Shown here: positions 38,501 through 53,500 of the stretch, piece after piece | How positions within the stretch are numbered: position 1 is the first letter of the stretch | How the letters are laid out: the number at the start of each line of letters is the position of its first letter | NCBI GenBank assembly: GCA_040954595.2 | Contig: CM082580.2 | Coordinates: 10,332,390-10,396,389, forward strand | Direction: 5' to 3' | Origin: Balanoglossus misakiensis | Taxonomy: Eukaryota > Animalia > Hemichordata | Length of the DNA: 64,000 nt | The notes under the pieces: generated by a model | The model's input: only the letters and a program-made list of their open reading frames with translations | The model's database searches: none | What the model was told of the DNA's origin: nothing | Made by a program: the position numbers and the translations under genes

Positions 38501-41500
38501 TTGATTTAGTTTCATTATGGAGCTCCACTTCCTGTCTAAAACCAATCTAAATATACCGGTGCATGACTTTGTGGATAAAATCGAAAATTTAACAGCAGCC
38601 AAGGAAATGCCTGCGCTTTTTGTGTTTCCATAAAATCGTGACTTCTTTATAATGAGCTCCTTGCTTCTAAATTTGAAATGCTTCCTGGAATGACGATTTT
38701 ACTTTTGTTTATGGCTGAAGTAGTGCATTTAAATGTTAGGACAAATTTTACATCTTTAGCAGTTTCAGGATGCCTGCAGTATATGCCATGCCTTGAGACA
38801 ATATGATTTACTTCCACCATCTCAAAACGTGACCCTAACATGAAACCTTGCCACTTCTCTGCGTCACTTCCCCATAAACGTGTGTGTTTTTAATTGAAAT
38901 CATTGTTCAGTGGGGAAAAACACATATCAGCCACTGATGTTCTACAGCCATTTGACTGTGGGGGCCTACAAATACGTGAGTTCAAGCAGCGTATTAATTA
39001 TAACATTAAACAGGATTTATCATCATTAAATATAGAGCTCAGACATCCATAATTGATCAGTATATCAAAATATTCATAATCAATTTACTTATATGAATAA
39101 AAAGCAAAACAATTAAATTACACAGCACAAGAAAATTTTGAACTAATAACGTCTAGTTTCAAATTGTATTTCCAGACAAAAATATCCTTGATTACTCATG
39201 GTTTATTGCAAGCTAGTCATTCTTGGAGGTTATAGACTTTATTTCCTCGCCCAACAGCACAAATTTGATACATATATAACTCTGTAGATATAACAGGAAA
39301 TGCTGACTGTAAATATAACTTTTTCATGAGTTCATTGTACGTAGGTGAATATACAGTGTTACACCCACACTTATATATTACTCACCATCTCCCCGAGCTA
39401 CAAGTGAGAACCTGAATGATTCACAGCAATTACTTTCTACTATCAGTGTCCTTGATGAGAAGTTTAAAAAAAAATAATGACGATACACACACAATGGCAT
39501 ATCAATTTCTGGTGCTATGCTTTGCTCAATGTATCATGTATCATGTACGGTACGTTTCATCAAATTTAAATGAGTATTGAATGAATATGGTTTTTGAGAA
39601 ATTTGGAATGTATTTGAATACACAATATTATGGAGAAGTGTCGCTGGAAAATGTTGACAATTTACAAGGACTTTCCTATTGATGTCACTTTTGATTCTAT
39701 ATTCTTGCGATGACCAAAATTTAATTTTACAAGTACATGTTCATGTATGTTTGTATGTTCATTTATGTTTGCATAAGTATAACTCTTTGAACCAGACCAG
39801 ACTCAACCAAAGATATGCTAGCCCTGAATTACATGGACGCTGGCACGACCGACTGAATTATTATGGGAGACATATCCTATGATGTCCTGTGTCACAAATA
39901 ATGAGATCAGCTTTGACCATGATTAGAACAGTCCGGCGCAGGAAGTGAAATCAATCGCCATGGGAACGGTACAGGAAAATGAGATACATCTACATGTATC
40001 TGGAACATGAGTGGTCAGTCACTCGGGGGACTGATATGAGGTCATTCAATGAGGTCACCTGGTGTGAGTCACTACAATTTCAGTGATCTTCTGACGTGAC
40101 AGGTGACCATGCCAGCTAATCAGCTCGAACATCCTCTTTGATGTATTGCCTTCTGAAGGCGCAGACTCGCAATGCATCATGGTCCAGGTCAAGAAACACT
40201 ACGGTAATGGCCATGGAAAATTAAGCATATTTGAATTTAAAAGTTCACAACTGTTTTATTATTCCTGGAAAACTTCCATAATGGAGAAATTCAGCTGCCA
40301 TTCTTTGTGAGGATTATGCAGAGAACACAACGGACAGATTTGTTACCCTTTAAAATATACTGTATTGAACCCTTCGTGCATTTTGACCTGGCCTGCATGA
40401 ATATTATAGGCGAGAACGAAGAAATAAGACACAACTTCTGAAAAGCGCTATTGTTAAATATTCAGCACAATACGGTAAAAGTTAATTAGGAGTTAAAATA
40501 TTCAGTGCGAACTATAAATTCAAGGAAACGACTGAAGGCTGTTCCCGTCAACATCTAGAGAGCTGAAAACAGAATAAACTGCAGCTGCATTCGTGGCCTT
40601 TGAGAATGAGGAAACCTGCAAGCAGTGGGTATATACTGTTAAAACCAACTGAAGAGTAAAGTAAAGTGCAATTTGCGAAATAACCGTGCCTATCAGAGCA
40701 TTTTGCGAAATAGCCGTGCCTATCAGAGCGTTCTGTTCAAATGTAATCCTGCCAGGTGTTTGGTTTGCGGTGTGTGGATCGACTTTAAAAAAAAAAGGTA
40801 AGCATGTGTGTCCGCCGATGAAAAACAGACCAAGCAGAGAAAAATTTCCTATTCTTGTATGCAGCAGGTCAGGAGGTGGAGGTCTGGGACATATTTTTCC
40901 ACATGCAAACCTCAGGAAAAAGAATTCCTTTCATTATAATTTTCAAAATCTGTACACACACTGGTATGGTTGAAGTGTACATGTCAATCTGATGTCTGAG
41001 AATCAAACAGCCTTTTCTACATAAATTTACTGCTCGTTTTATTCACATTTCATACGACTGCCCAGCACAGTTATGTATTGATTGACTTTCAAATTAATTG
41101 CTGGAATTTTCCTCGACCATACTGCTGGTGATCTTTATGGATGGATGCCGGAATCTCCCATGCCAAGATTATACAACTCTGAAACACTTCCAATCTGCAT
41201 CCGTAAACAGCGCTACACGTTCGGCCGGATGCCATTAATTACAATTTGGCAACCACAGAAGACTGCTAATTACCTGGGTTTATGTTTTTCAAAGCGCCGA
41301 CTCGCGCATCTCTTGGATTAAGGCGTCCTTCACTGATCCGCATCGCTTTCAAATCACTTTCATTTCAAGTCACACAGTGTTGTTTATCAAGAACTTTCGC
41401 ATAGCTGACAAAATATAACGAGCCGCTGTATCTTAGCCTGGGCCATCTCAAGATTTTCCTCTCACTACTCAGCTATTTGTTCCACAGGTGAAATACACCC

Positions 41501-44500
41501 AATTGGAAACACACAATTGCCATGCAAAATATCCATGGTTCTTCATGTGCATTGCACATTTATGAAATCTTTTAAACAAGACAGACTTCACCGTTCTCCC
41601 TCATATCTCTGCTTGACTGACCCCGAAAATAATGACGTACTACATTTTTTTATTGCCTTAATGAAGTCGTATCCTTTCAATTTCCAAGCAAGAAAGGGCC
41701 ATAAAACCCGAACTGCAAACGTATACATGTATTATTCATACTTTAATGCTGGACTCAGGTTAAAGCTACATTAAACGGTCGACTGTTCAAATTGCTACCG
41801 TGGTCCAAATGGGGAGCATGGATGAGAAATGGTGCATTTCGAACTGCCTTGAAAGCAACAAAAGTAGAACATCTCGGAGCCGTTTATGGCTCTGGTCGGC
41901 GATGCAGCCACTCATTCTGTCCATTAAGGGTTGCTTTTACAAGATTCCAATCATTAACCTTTCTAACCCGACTGTAATTCTGCGAATGGGCACACGTTTC
42001 CTGTGTTGACAGAGGCAACAGTCACATCTCCATGGATTGTAATTCACAGGTCAGACCATTCACTTGGCAGTCTCGATTACAGAGCTTGTAAAAACAGCAG
42101 GAAGCGCGAAACCCATTCCTTATCTTTATACATTCTTATTCTATACAATACACACACAGACGTCCGCAGTTGGTATGGAAACCTTATGAAATAGGAAGCT
42201 TCCATCGATGACGACGACTATGACGTGAAGTTGTATTTACAGGGAAAGGGGTGGGTGGACAATATCCCCCCGAGGGCCATTACTGTCACTAGCAAATAGA
42301 CTCCTCGGTCCCCGAGATATAAACTATAAAATGACATAAAATCAGCCAGCGCACACATGTCAACCATTTCGCAAATGACTTGGAATTTCGTACAGATTCG
42401 AAGATTGCCTGAGAAGAATTCACGATGGTGAAAAAAAAAATTAGGATAAAAGTAATCAAATCTAATCAATGCGGTCTTGTGGTTTCACGAAAGTGGCAAG
42501 GAAATCGGTGTGCTTGTTTTTTTTTCTTCACTGCGCACTGACAGCTACATCCATTTTAATTTACACTGCCGTGTTTCCACAAAGTATAGGACTACAAATC
42601 CATTACTGTGTGATTGTACGTTTGATTACACGAAGAATTGAATTGTATATACTGTTTCCAGATGACTGATTGCGAGAAAAGTCCATGTTTCTGCCTGCTT
42701 CTAACTTGGAAATTGTCCTAAAGACCACACAGCACAACTGAAGCGACACCGACAGCCAGTTGAGCAAAAAATTAAGCACTGTCATTGAAAATAAAACAAA
42801 TTGTTTATTTTTACCTTAAGGTGGACCCGGCTGATTTTGCAGACTCTGTCCTTTTTCTTGTTAAGAACTACCACCTTCTTTTCGTAATTCTTTCCATCTT
42901 CAGGGAAAAAGGCTCTTTTCGGATGTTCCTTGAGAGCATCCAGGACAGTCTCGTATTCAATCTCTGTATAAAAACAAATAAAATGTGAGCAACAATTATG
43001 AACAGGTTGTCTTAGTTGTATTCGAAAAGTATGAGCCTATCCTGCTCTGCTTCTTAAAAGAGTTAACCTGCCCTACTCCTTCATACTCAAGATAAAGAAG
43101 TAGTACACTGTATTACCACCATAACTATAACAACTTATTTCCAAAATTTTCTTTCCTGGATTTCCCCAAGCTGTGCATTTGCAGTTAAAAATTCGCAGGG
43201 TATGATCGTATGAATTCATTATTCTTTACTTCAGAAATAAAAGTTGACAATTTCAGCGAATACTCAGTCTTCCTCTTTCCCTAGCCACACATTGATTTTT
43301 GTGAATGGTAATATTGTTGACTCTCAAAGTGCAGACAAGGTAATAAAACGGAACTCTGATATTCTTTTAGATTTTATGACTAAACCAACAAACCATTAAA
43401 CCCATAGTCAGTTTATGGTTCACAGTCCCAAGAATGGCAATAAAAGTCACTGATGTGTTTTTTTCCAGAGGCTGTAAAACCATGTTTGCAAAGTATGATA
43501 TATTCTCACACGTTTTCCCTGACCTCATTCCCTGCAAACTGACAGGCATTGCAAATGCAACACAAAGATGATAAAATTCACACTAGAAATGCCACGGCTG
43601 CTTATCTGACTACGGAACACAGTTCATAAAATCCCGGATCAAATTCAAACCACCTGTGAATTGCAAACACTGAAATTGATTCCTGTTATCTCATATTTCT
43701 TTTGGGAAGCAATTTTTTTTGACAGAAGCGATGTAGCACGGGACAATGACATTAACAGAAAACCCAACTTGAGCTGCACGAGAGACGAGTTCTGCTTATG
43801 CAAGTCCCAATACACATGCCGTCTTTAAGACATGCGTGAAATCCTGCTTCAATATTTTCCAAATCCCCGGGGGGAAAGATGCCAACGGGGAGAATGAGTG
43901 AAGATGAGAAAATTGTTGCGTTTCAACAACTGAAAGGAAAAGTCCCGGAGGAATTCGGCAAAATGATGGAAGAAGTCCCAAGTGGCCCGGTCCATGGATT
44001 GATCCACCGCAATGCCTTGGAGTGAAATTCAGAAAATAATTTGTCATATCCTGCCTTTGATTGCCACCACAATTTACCACTCTTATCTAAACTCAGATAG
44101 CACCTACAATTATGACAAGGGAGTAATCAAATTAATGAAGACGTAGTCTAGACTCAATTTATCTTCCCAAATTTAATTTCTCAACCTCCATGGCTAATTT
44201 TATGAATGAAGAAAACTACTTCTATTTTACTTTCATTTGGTTGAGTTCGAAACCATCACCAGAGAATCAATATAACTCGCAAAGCACCTATTGTGCAAAA
44301 TTTCAATACGGAAGAAAAAGCAATAACACGGAGACGGACATTAATGGAAAAGCAAAATTTGATGAGTCTGCACTTACGAAATGATTGCAGCTAAATGGAT
44401 TCACCCTCAGGCTTCTGCTAACATAGCATGATTACTAGAAGCTTAAATAAATGTTTTTGATGGTAATTTAATTGAACACCAGGCATTTTTGTTTCCCCGT

Positions 44501-47500
44501 GTCCTCTTTTGGATTTACTGAATGTTTACTTTCTTCCGAATGATCAAGAGAAAAGAAGGACTTCCTTGACCTAGTCTTGTTTTCCCCTTGGGGTATGCTT
44601 TTTTTCTAAATCTTGTGTGCTGTGGGTATTATGGAAGGATATGATGGATGGATGGTGAACAAGGATCCATTGCACAAGGCTTGTGATTTCTCTCGGCAGG
44701 CAGTGCGTCCATGAACGAACAGGGAGTTTGAAACCCAAGTGGGGGGAAAGCAGAATGCTCTGTTTCAGTCATTTGAGCTGAATTGCAGTAATAGCCTTCA
44801 TCAACTTTTCATTTGTTCTGCAGAGGAGTTTATTTTGTTGTGATCGTGGTCACATGGTGTATTTGATTTCTCACAGAAGTCAGCAGTTTCACGTCTCCTT
44901 CAATCTGCACAGTTTGACTGGCGTGAAGTCGCAGAGTGACACATTCGCTGGGTGTTGATGCTGAATACACAAACGGCACTTACCGATGCTGGACGGCACA
45001 TGTCGACCTGTGTAACTGAAGCATCTTGTGAACATGAAACTGGAAACAGAGAGAGGAAAAAAGGCAATAAGGGTGAGAAACACGGAAAACACATTAGTGC
45101 ATCCCCCCGGCAACCAGCAATGTACTTGTGAAAGTCTGCATTAAGACACGCACGACGCAAAGTCTCTTAAAGGAGGAAAGATGTCATCAGAAAATCCCTG
45201 GTGATTCAGAGCTTGCAACTTACAACTTGCTCTGTGGAAATTCACCGCAAAGGGAGCAAATATTCCAGGCACAAGATCTCGACCTCAGTGTTGAAATAAG
45301 GGAACACATTTTGCAAGTATGAAATGTGTACTTCAGTGTGCAAATAACAGACGATGCAATAAAACCAGCGATTGGAATGCCATCATTTGTTCAAGCTGTC
45401 ATACACATCGAATTTAACAAAGAGGTCTTGTATGCAGAGGTCTCCACCTGTCACTTGTGGGCAAAATTATTGTGTTTGTCATCTGCCCTTTGATAGAAAA
45501 AACTGCTATTTTATGTAATTGCAAAGGTAAACATGTAGATCAAAATTAAATTGTCCCTTTTAGAGGAATCCAGCACATACTAACCAGGCAAAGCGGATTC
45601 CGTCTTGAACACACGTCTTCACTTCTAAATCAATAACCTCAGGCGTAAGAGTCACGTCGACGTCTAGGTCAACAACTGGTCTTGTCCTGATAAGTGTCAA
45701 AAAAGGAAGAAATTGAAAATTACAAAGTCTGGGTCGAAATTCAGAATACTTTTCACTTAAACTGCATGTGAACAGGATGTGGGTGCAGACATTACTTTTG
45801 TTGGCAGCAAAGCTATTTAATTGGATTTGACAGAGTATGGAAATCACTTCACAGGCGCATTCAATAAAACAACTGTGTCACAGTCGCATATCCATAGGAT
45901 GCGCAAGAATCTAGTTTGTTACACCATCTATCTCCAATACATCTACAACATGTCATCGCCAGGCTTATCCATTAATGTGAAATCGAATTAATGACTCGTC
46001 TTTCTTTGGAACCTCCGGTTGAATCTACCTACATGTACAATGACCTCAATAGATAATCAGGCAAGGGGCTTTCAAGTTGAGGAATGAACACGAACCATTC
46101 ATACAGCGATAATAATTCATTTACACAATGAGAGGGAGGCTAAATCACTGAATAATTATTTCCAGGAACTTTTCACTGTGGTTGATGTGTGACGAGATGC
46201 ATTGTGCATCTAGATTTGTGTACTGAAGTGGCCAGCAAATCACCACAAAGACACGATCTTCCTGACATGTTATTTTCTGGTGCAGGTTTAATTGAACTCA
46301 TTTCACCGGTTGACAGCTCTATTCAAGTAAATAATTCAAGTTCACAGCATCACAAATCTCTACAGTGCACATATGTTTGTAATATGTTTGAACTCCACCG
46401 TCAATTATTAATTTGATAATGTTTAGTGTAAGTTTATATGGTGCAGTGACTGCTCTCCCCTTTTTTCCATTGCAATTTGATTTGCAAGACGAGCGTGCAC
46501 CCGCATGTACAGTTCGCCGACCTAAATAGCGGTATTAACCGTATCAGGGTTCAAGAGCAGTCACATATCCTTGGGACACACAGTGCATATTATACACAAT
46601 CGCCACTTCAAATTTAATCCTCTTGTAATTGCCTTATTTGGACTTATTTTACCGAGATGGCCTGAACTCTGGATCATAACAAACAAGAGGATCATGAATA
46701 CTAAAACAGTCACATGCCCCAAGGATCGAGTACACAGCCTTCTGAGGACTGTTTTCCACATTGCACAATTGTCAATAGAATTCGGGTCCAACATTCTAAT
46801 CTGCAGGTAAAACCTCTGGGATCACTGAATTCAGGCATCTAACACATCATAGGCAGCTGTCATCACTTTATTTTCTGAGCGGACTGTAAGATGATTATCC
46901 ATCTTCAGATGGCACAATGCTGTGTCCACCTACGCAAGAGTACCAATTACATTTTCATGTGAATTAATTCCTTCTTATCATATATTTTTCAGTTGTTCTG
47001 AGTGTGAATTAAGCTTGGTATCCAGGGGCCAATTGCTACTCTAATGATGTGGCCTACAAAAGAATGTCAAATAATTGTCCAATGAGACAAAAACTTTCCT
47101 ATTCTTTATAAGCTGCAATAACTTGTAGGGGACAATTAACATATTCATTACAAAAATTGGTCTCACAGAATCATCATCATCATAGCAGTTTGAAATTCTT
47201 TTTGGAAAGTACAATGTATGGAACAGATTTTAAGTGAAATTCATAATTAATGATTCCTTTCATCCCTAAAGAACCACTGTAAACATGGGCTTCAGACGAT
47301 TGATGGCAATAACCCCTTTCAGCTAGAAACACCTGTGTTTTTCAACCCTGCACCTGTTTAAAAAGCTCAGCACAAAGGGTCACAGGTTTAATTGAGGTTA
47401 AACACTTTCAAATGCTTTCCCATGTGGTGATGCTTCTCTTCGTAAATTCACAACACACACACTTTTTAATAAGTTACGCTTGCTCTGATCCTGCTCAGCT

Positions 47501-50500
47501 GACAATGCTGTGACATTGCATGGGAAATTTATTTTGACCGTATCCTGAGCACAGACTAGCCCAGCTTGCATTATAGAAGACGCATCCCAGTAACATGTAC
47601 GTGTCAACTGGCTCATCCGATCACCCACTCTGCTTTCATTTATTCATCTCCACGATTTCCCAATTTTAAACTTAATATCACCATAATGAATAGTTCTTAT
47701 TTGAGTCTTAAACAATCACAAACAGACTAAGACTGACTTTATTTGGACATGGCGTTCATGACAGTACTCTGTTCTGGTCGCACACAGCACAAGGGGGTTT
47801 CGTTCACCTTTCCTGTGATGGACAGCAGTGATGTAGAAGGGCAGCTATTGACTTCCTGGCCGACTTAGCCGTCAATTCAAGAAAATCACACCCACCCTCA
47901 ATGACTTGAATGTTAAAAAGCACTTTCAGCGTTAATTGTACATTCTGATCAGCGCAGCTGTTTTGCCTACCACGTCAAGTAAAAATCACCGACAATTCTG
48001 GCCTAATTGACGTGAATTTCTCAGAGTGCCATTAAAAGGTGGCCCTCTTGGGTATTGAATGAGAAGTTCACCAGGCCGTGTGTTTCATGCTTATAGCTAT
48101 TTATCAACGATTGTTTGGCTGATTTTTGTATTTTTGCGGCATTTTAGTTGACTATGGTTTGAAAGTATTGATGTGACTGAACTGCAATGTAAAAATTTGA
48201 AAATCATCACCAGAAGATTCTCTCCATGTAAAATAAGGATATACCACGCATTAACACTGTTTAGCCATCAGGAACAAGTGGGAGAAGAATTACAAAGTTT
48301 TATACCACATGAAATGATGTATAAACAAAACGGGGGAACCCAGTATTTCTTTATATTTTTTATGCTATAGTTCAAAATCACAAGAAGTCATTTTCAGTGA
48401 CAAAGCACAGTTCGCTGTCTCTTAAAATGGGTCAACGACTAGCATTTTAACGACTTCATAAAAAGACATGTAATTTGAATCATGGGAATGACGTTTCTTG
48501 ACCCTTTGACCTTTGGTAGAAGTAAAAGCCTTGTGCCTGTGAATCTAGTTTGTTTCTATAAGTCATCCATAGAACATCCTTCCCATGAGTCGAATTACAT
48601 GTGACTTTTATGAAGCTCCTAAAATGTTATTTAGTTGAGTTTTTCGACAATTTAGAGAAGTTGCTTGATTGCTGGAAATGGCCTTCTTTCTAGGACAACA
48701 GAAACTGTAAAAGATAGAGCTTTGTCAAAACACAGCCACTTAAAGCTTTTTCTTTGTTACATGATTCTGCGAATATCTTCATGATTGATGGAGTATTTGA
48801 GGATTTAAGACAGAATCTGAACAGTTGCTAGTGTAGCCAGCATTATTCAAATGTAAACCATATATTAGATGATAGCCGGCAAGTATTAGCAGTAATCCAG
48901 CTGCAGAACATAATTTGTCATTATCCAGCCTTTCAGACATCAATAAGAAATCACATAAGGCATTCTGTATCAATCATATGATTGGCAGTAGAAACCTTTA
49001 AAAGAAGATGGCAGAAAATTGTCATCTGAAATACGTTCACTGTGTCGTATGACAGCAACTGATTGTTATTCTTATTTTGTCAAAACGGAAGATTTGAATC
49101 TCCAAGAAGTAATTCGACACTCATAAAAACGTCCAATTTTCATGGAAATATGACACAAGGACCGGTTGTCGGAGTGTGCGGTGCATTTAATGAGATTTGT
49201 ACGGTGTCATCAGGTGTCTTATTCGACACTCATAATGCACAGCACAGGAAACGCGTGTATTAGCACAGCACCGCGCGGCTAATTGAAGCGTTCATAACGC
49301 AATTCAAGGCAACGTTCAAAACACGTCCCTCGTCCGTTCATGCATTTTAAAACCGCACAATGTTTGTTACAAGGACCGTGAAATCAATACAGGCCGACCT
49401 GAATTGCCTGTTTAACAGTCTCCGCATTTGCCCAGCCACTGATTATCATTCGACGTGAAATTGTCAGCTGAGCTATTTTGAGCGTGGCGCATGATCAAAT
49501 TTGCATTAATTTTCCAACCAAATGGTAAGATTTCCTCCACGACTAGGCTGTAGAACCACTAAGTACATGTAACTAGCATCCCATGTATCGTTTAATATTG
49601 AGGACTACATATTTTTTCATGATTTTGCATTAAGAAGTTATATTTATAAAAATGTATGGCAGACTATGAGAAATTTGATTCTAAAATGAAGAGTGAAGAC
49701 CAGAAACTGTATAGGTACATAAAAGTAGTGTTTCCACACGCTCAGCAATATCTGAACTTCCACATATGAGTTGCACAGTAAAATAGCACATTGCCTCTCT
49801 ATGTTACACCAGGTCACACTTTCCTGACACAATAATTTCTAGTGACGTACAAAGTTGGAAAAATAACCTGACATTTTGTTTGATTTGAACAAATCGAAAC
49901 CGACATAAAAAACCCTGGCATGTACACCTCATAAAGATCTCCCACAAGCTGCGTACACACATCGCATGCATGCATTCATGTATTTGTCAAATTGAATTGG
50001 AGTCGTGGCAAAATTGAATTTGAGGCAATTTTCACCGCCACGAGTTCAAATAAAGCGACTATTACATACAATGTAACAACTTACTTCAGTAACACAGCCT
50101 GATCTGATTCATACGCGCCAATCAGAATGTCTGAAAGAGAAAAAAACAGCAAATAGCAATTATTACCTCACTTCTATCTGTGGCCGTTCTTTCAACAGAT
50201 TCCCCACAAAGTGAAACATGCATTATGTAAGACGATGAAGTCACTATTGTGTATGCACGAGATCATCATTTGTTGACTTTGAGGAGCTGCATTATGTATG
50301 CCTTGTTGCAAAACCATCATTTCATTAGGATTATTGCAATTCAAGAGACAATTTCAGCATCATGATGTTTCAATTCTCTCTCCCTGTACAATTGCTGCAG
50401 ACTATATGTTTTTCTGATAAGATGTATGAAACAGGAGATCAGTTATGCGATGGATCTCAACTGTTTCAATTTTTCCATGCTTACAACAAGCAAGCTTGCA

Positions 50501-53500
50501 AGCATACACTGGAGACAGGATGTAAAATCAAAGTTTACCTGGATAGTGGTTGTCATCCATGTCCAGCCCTCCCGACAGGGAAAACCCGAAAGTTCTCATA
50601 TCAGGGTGGATGTCCGACGCTTTGATCACCTGAAATGAAGAAGATGGCAGTTTCCTAAGTTTTAGGATTACACAGCAAACACACAAGCTTAGCCTGAGAG
50701 CAGAGTGTTGGAAGAGCACAGATTACTCCATTGCCTGCGGCTGTCCAGCATCTGCTGATAACAGACCAAGATGCATTTTTTTTCATCCGTGGGGCACATG
50801 TATACCCATGTACATTCTACAATGTTTTTATCTCTCAGAATTTGATTTCACTTCGCATGTTTATCTCCCCAAAATTCAATTCCCACTTGCTTTTTTTTTC
50901 CTAAAAGATTCAATTCCACAACAAGACATAACTTAATCCAATTCTCTTATATATTTCGCTCACTTTGGCAAGCCTTGTACCCTCCATATCACCTGTGTGT
51001 ATTAAACAATTTCTCCCATAAACAGTTGGGGCTAATGTCATCAATTAATCAACCTATCAGGACTGTTGACAAGACACTCAACACGTCATATAAATCAGCT
51101 GATTAATGACTAATCAAGTACGAAATTAGAGAAATTAAAAGGAGTGGTGACTGGTTCTTTGTGGTGGATTGCCAATTTCTTGAATGTTCTCTTCAATTAG
51201 CGACTACTCATTACAAGTGTATTGGAGGCCGTCATCGAGGCTTTTAATGTATTAGTGGACAGATCTCCTCTCCAAATATTTCATTTGTATGTGAATAATC
51301 CTGATCTGTCTGTCTGTCTGTCAACAGTCAACTGTTTAATTGATCTACATAAACAGTGTACATGTAACTCAAGATGGTAAAGACATGTACATGTATGCTT
51401 GAATACACACATACATGTGTATACATACACAGTGTGAAATGTTACTTCAATTAGTGAAGAAATTGTGTATAACTCTTCTGTCTATCCCTGATAATCAAAA
51501 GTATATTCTTATTGTGCACTGTACCATGCATGTACATTGCAATTGGGGTTGTTATGCATGCCTGCAAATTTGTAAGCTAAAATACTGCATTGTAATACTC
51601 GTTAGGAGAAGGCACGCAATCTATGGAAACATAATATTCGCCACGGCAACCATCACTACTTGTCATCCGATGTGACAAATTTGCATAATGAACTTTTGAT
51701 TAACTGCCCGAAAGGTATTCTGCACTGCGCAAACACTGAAATGAATCGTAACAATACCGTTGATTTCACACCCACTACCTTGTACAACTAATTAACCGCG
51801 GCGTGTGAGTGCGTGATGAATGCACTTGTAATGCGACAAAGCACATCTATGAGGAAAATCAATATCTCATTGATGCAGCTCATCTGCAGGTAACTGCAGT
51901 TGATACAATTGCGCCGACCTCCGCGCACTTGTACAAACTGAGCGTATACAGTGAAAGCAAATTGTTGCAGAATCACAGTATGTGTTGCCAGGGTTACCGT
52001 GTTGGCTCGATTGATTTTTTTGCAGTAACAGCTGTCTTGTACCTTCTGTAATTGCCGAAATATTATGTTGGATTTTTACCGATTTACGACTGACTTGTTG
52101 CATTTACAAGATGGCAGCGTTTTCATTTTGCTTCAGGTTGTTTCGTAAAATTAAGTACGGTAAAAAGCATGCGATGCTATTTTACAGTCCAATGACACAG
52201 CACTCATGAAATCAACAACCTGAGCTGTACAGGGAATTGCTACTTAACCCTTTCACCCCCATTTCCCTTTGTAGAGGTCCAACTCTAAGTGCAAATACAG
52301 TGCATTTGGACCAAACCACGGTGGTATCAAGGGTTTGCAAACTGCGCCCCTTTCTTTTCCATACATTCCAGTTTGCTGGTTGGCATGATTGATGAAAGCA
52401 GTCAATTTATAGTTTCAGAACAAAAATAATTCGAGATTAAATTTACCTGTGCAGGGTGTTTCCTAATTCCGTCCGGCGAACCATTGTAGATGTACACTTC
52501 ACCCCGCTCATCATCCCCGCCGTAGGGGGCACCAATAACAATATCTGAAACCAAATTAAAAACAACATGAACATGAGATGAAATTTCAATGACATTCTCA
52601 TCTTGTGACATATTTTTTTTGAAAATCAATAACCTTAAATATCTGTTGAGAGAACAATGCTGGTTTTTATTCTTTGATGACAGTTTCAGCCAAAAGTCCT
52701 CTGGAAACTGCTGAATTTGGGTATATGTAAATTCAATAGAGGTTAATATGTGCCACGTGACAAAGATATCGATGTAGAATTTGACATAAAATTGTCAGAA
52801 TGCGAAACCATGTTTTACGTCAGACTGGGTTATTAGCGTAGGTTTCTCGACTGCAGAGATGATATGTTTGAAAGGAGCCCACTGATGGATGGCAATGCGG
52901 AATTCAACTGCAGAATCATAGCATTTTATGGCCATCTTGCCCTCATTCATGTGAACATTTTCCCTCCCCTGGAGACATACTGCGTTTTGTTTGTTGGCAG
53001 TTTTTCACATTTAACATCTGTTTAATCCCTCTTGATGTCCGCATAATTATGTCGTACTCTCGGGGAAATGATCGTCCAAAGAGGGAATGCCTCTGGTGAT
53101 ATTCCTTGGCAACAAGCAGACGTCGTCGAATCAACAAAGAAAAGAATTATCAGTTATTTCAGCGGCGGTCACGCAGTCTCAGTATTGCTATCACGTTGTT
53201 TGCTCTGTCATTCGCTTATCGGTAAATGAATTATAATTTTACGCCGGGCAGCAATTAAAGTGTCAATCACTGCTGATTCTACTCGTTCAATTTGAAAAAA
53301 AATCTGATGTAGTTTTTGATATTGCGTAAAAGGGCTTTTTTGTGCTGCTTTCAAGCTTGACATGTGGTCTGATTTAAACTGAGAGAAAGTGAAAAGGCAA
53401 ATAACAGGAATGGTGTAACATCAGTTATTTTCACCATGAAGTAGAGCTGACAATGATACAATTGCTGAGTGTGTTTAGGTTCGATTCATGAAATCTCTGC

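Noticed and set aside
39386-39411. Possible cassette exon with a gtgagt donor in the thigh intron
   Set aside because: Weak acceptor, and 26 nt would frameshift a phase-0 intron.
40672-40731. 30 bp repeat pair as a CRISPR-like array
   Set aside because: Two adjacent copies with no spacer, eukaryotic context and no cas genes.
43879-44025. 48-aa plus-strand ORF MPTGRMSEDEKIVAFQQLKGKVPEEFGKMMEEVPSGPVHGLIHRNALE with protein-like composition
   Set aside because: Short, no recognisable homology, and no promoter or splice support.
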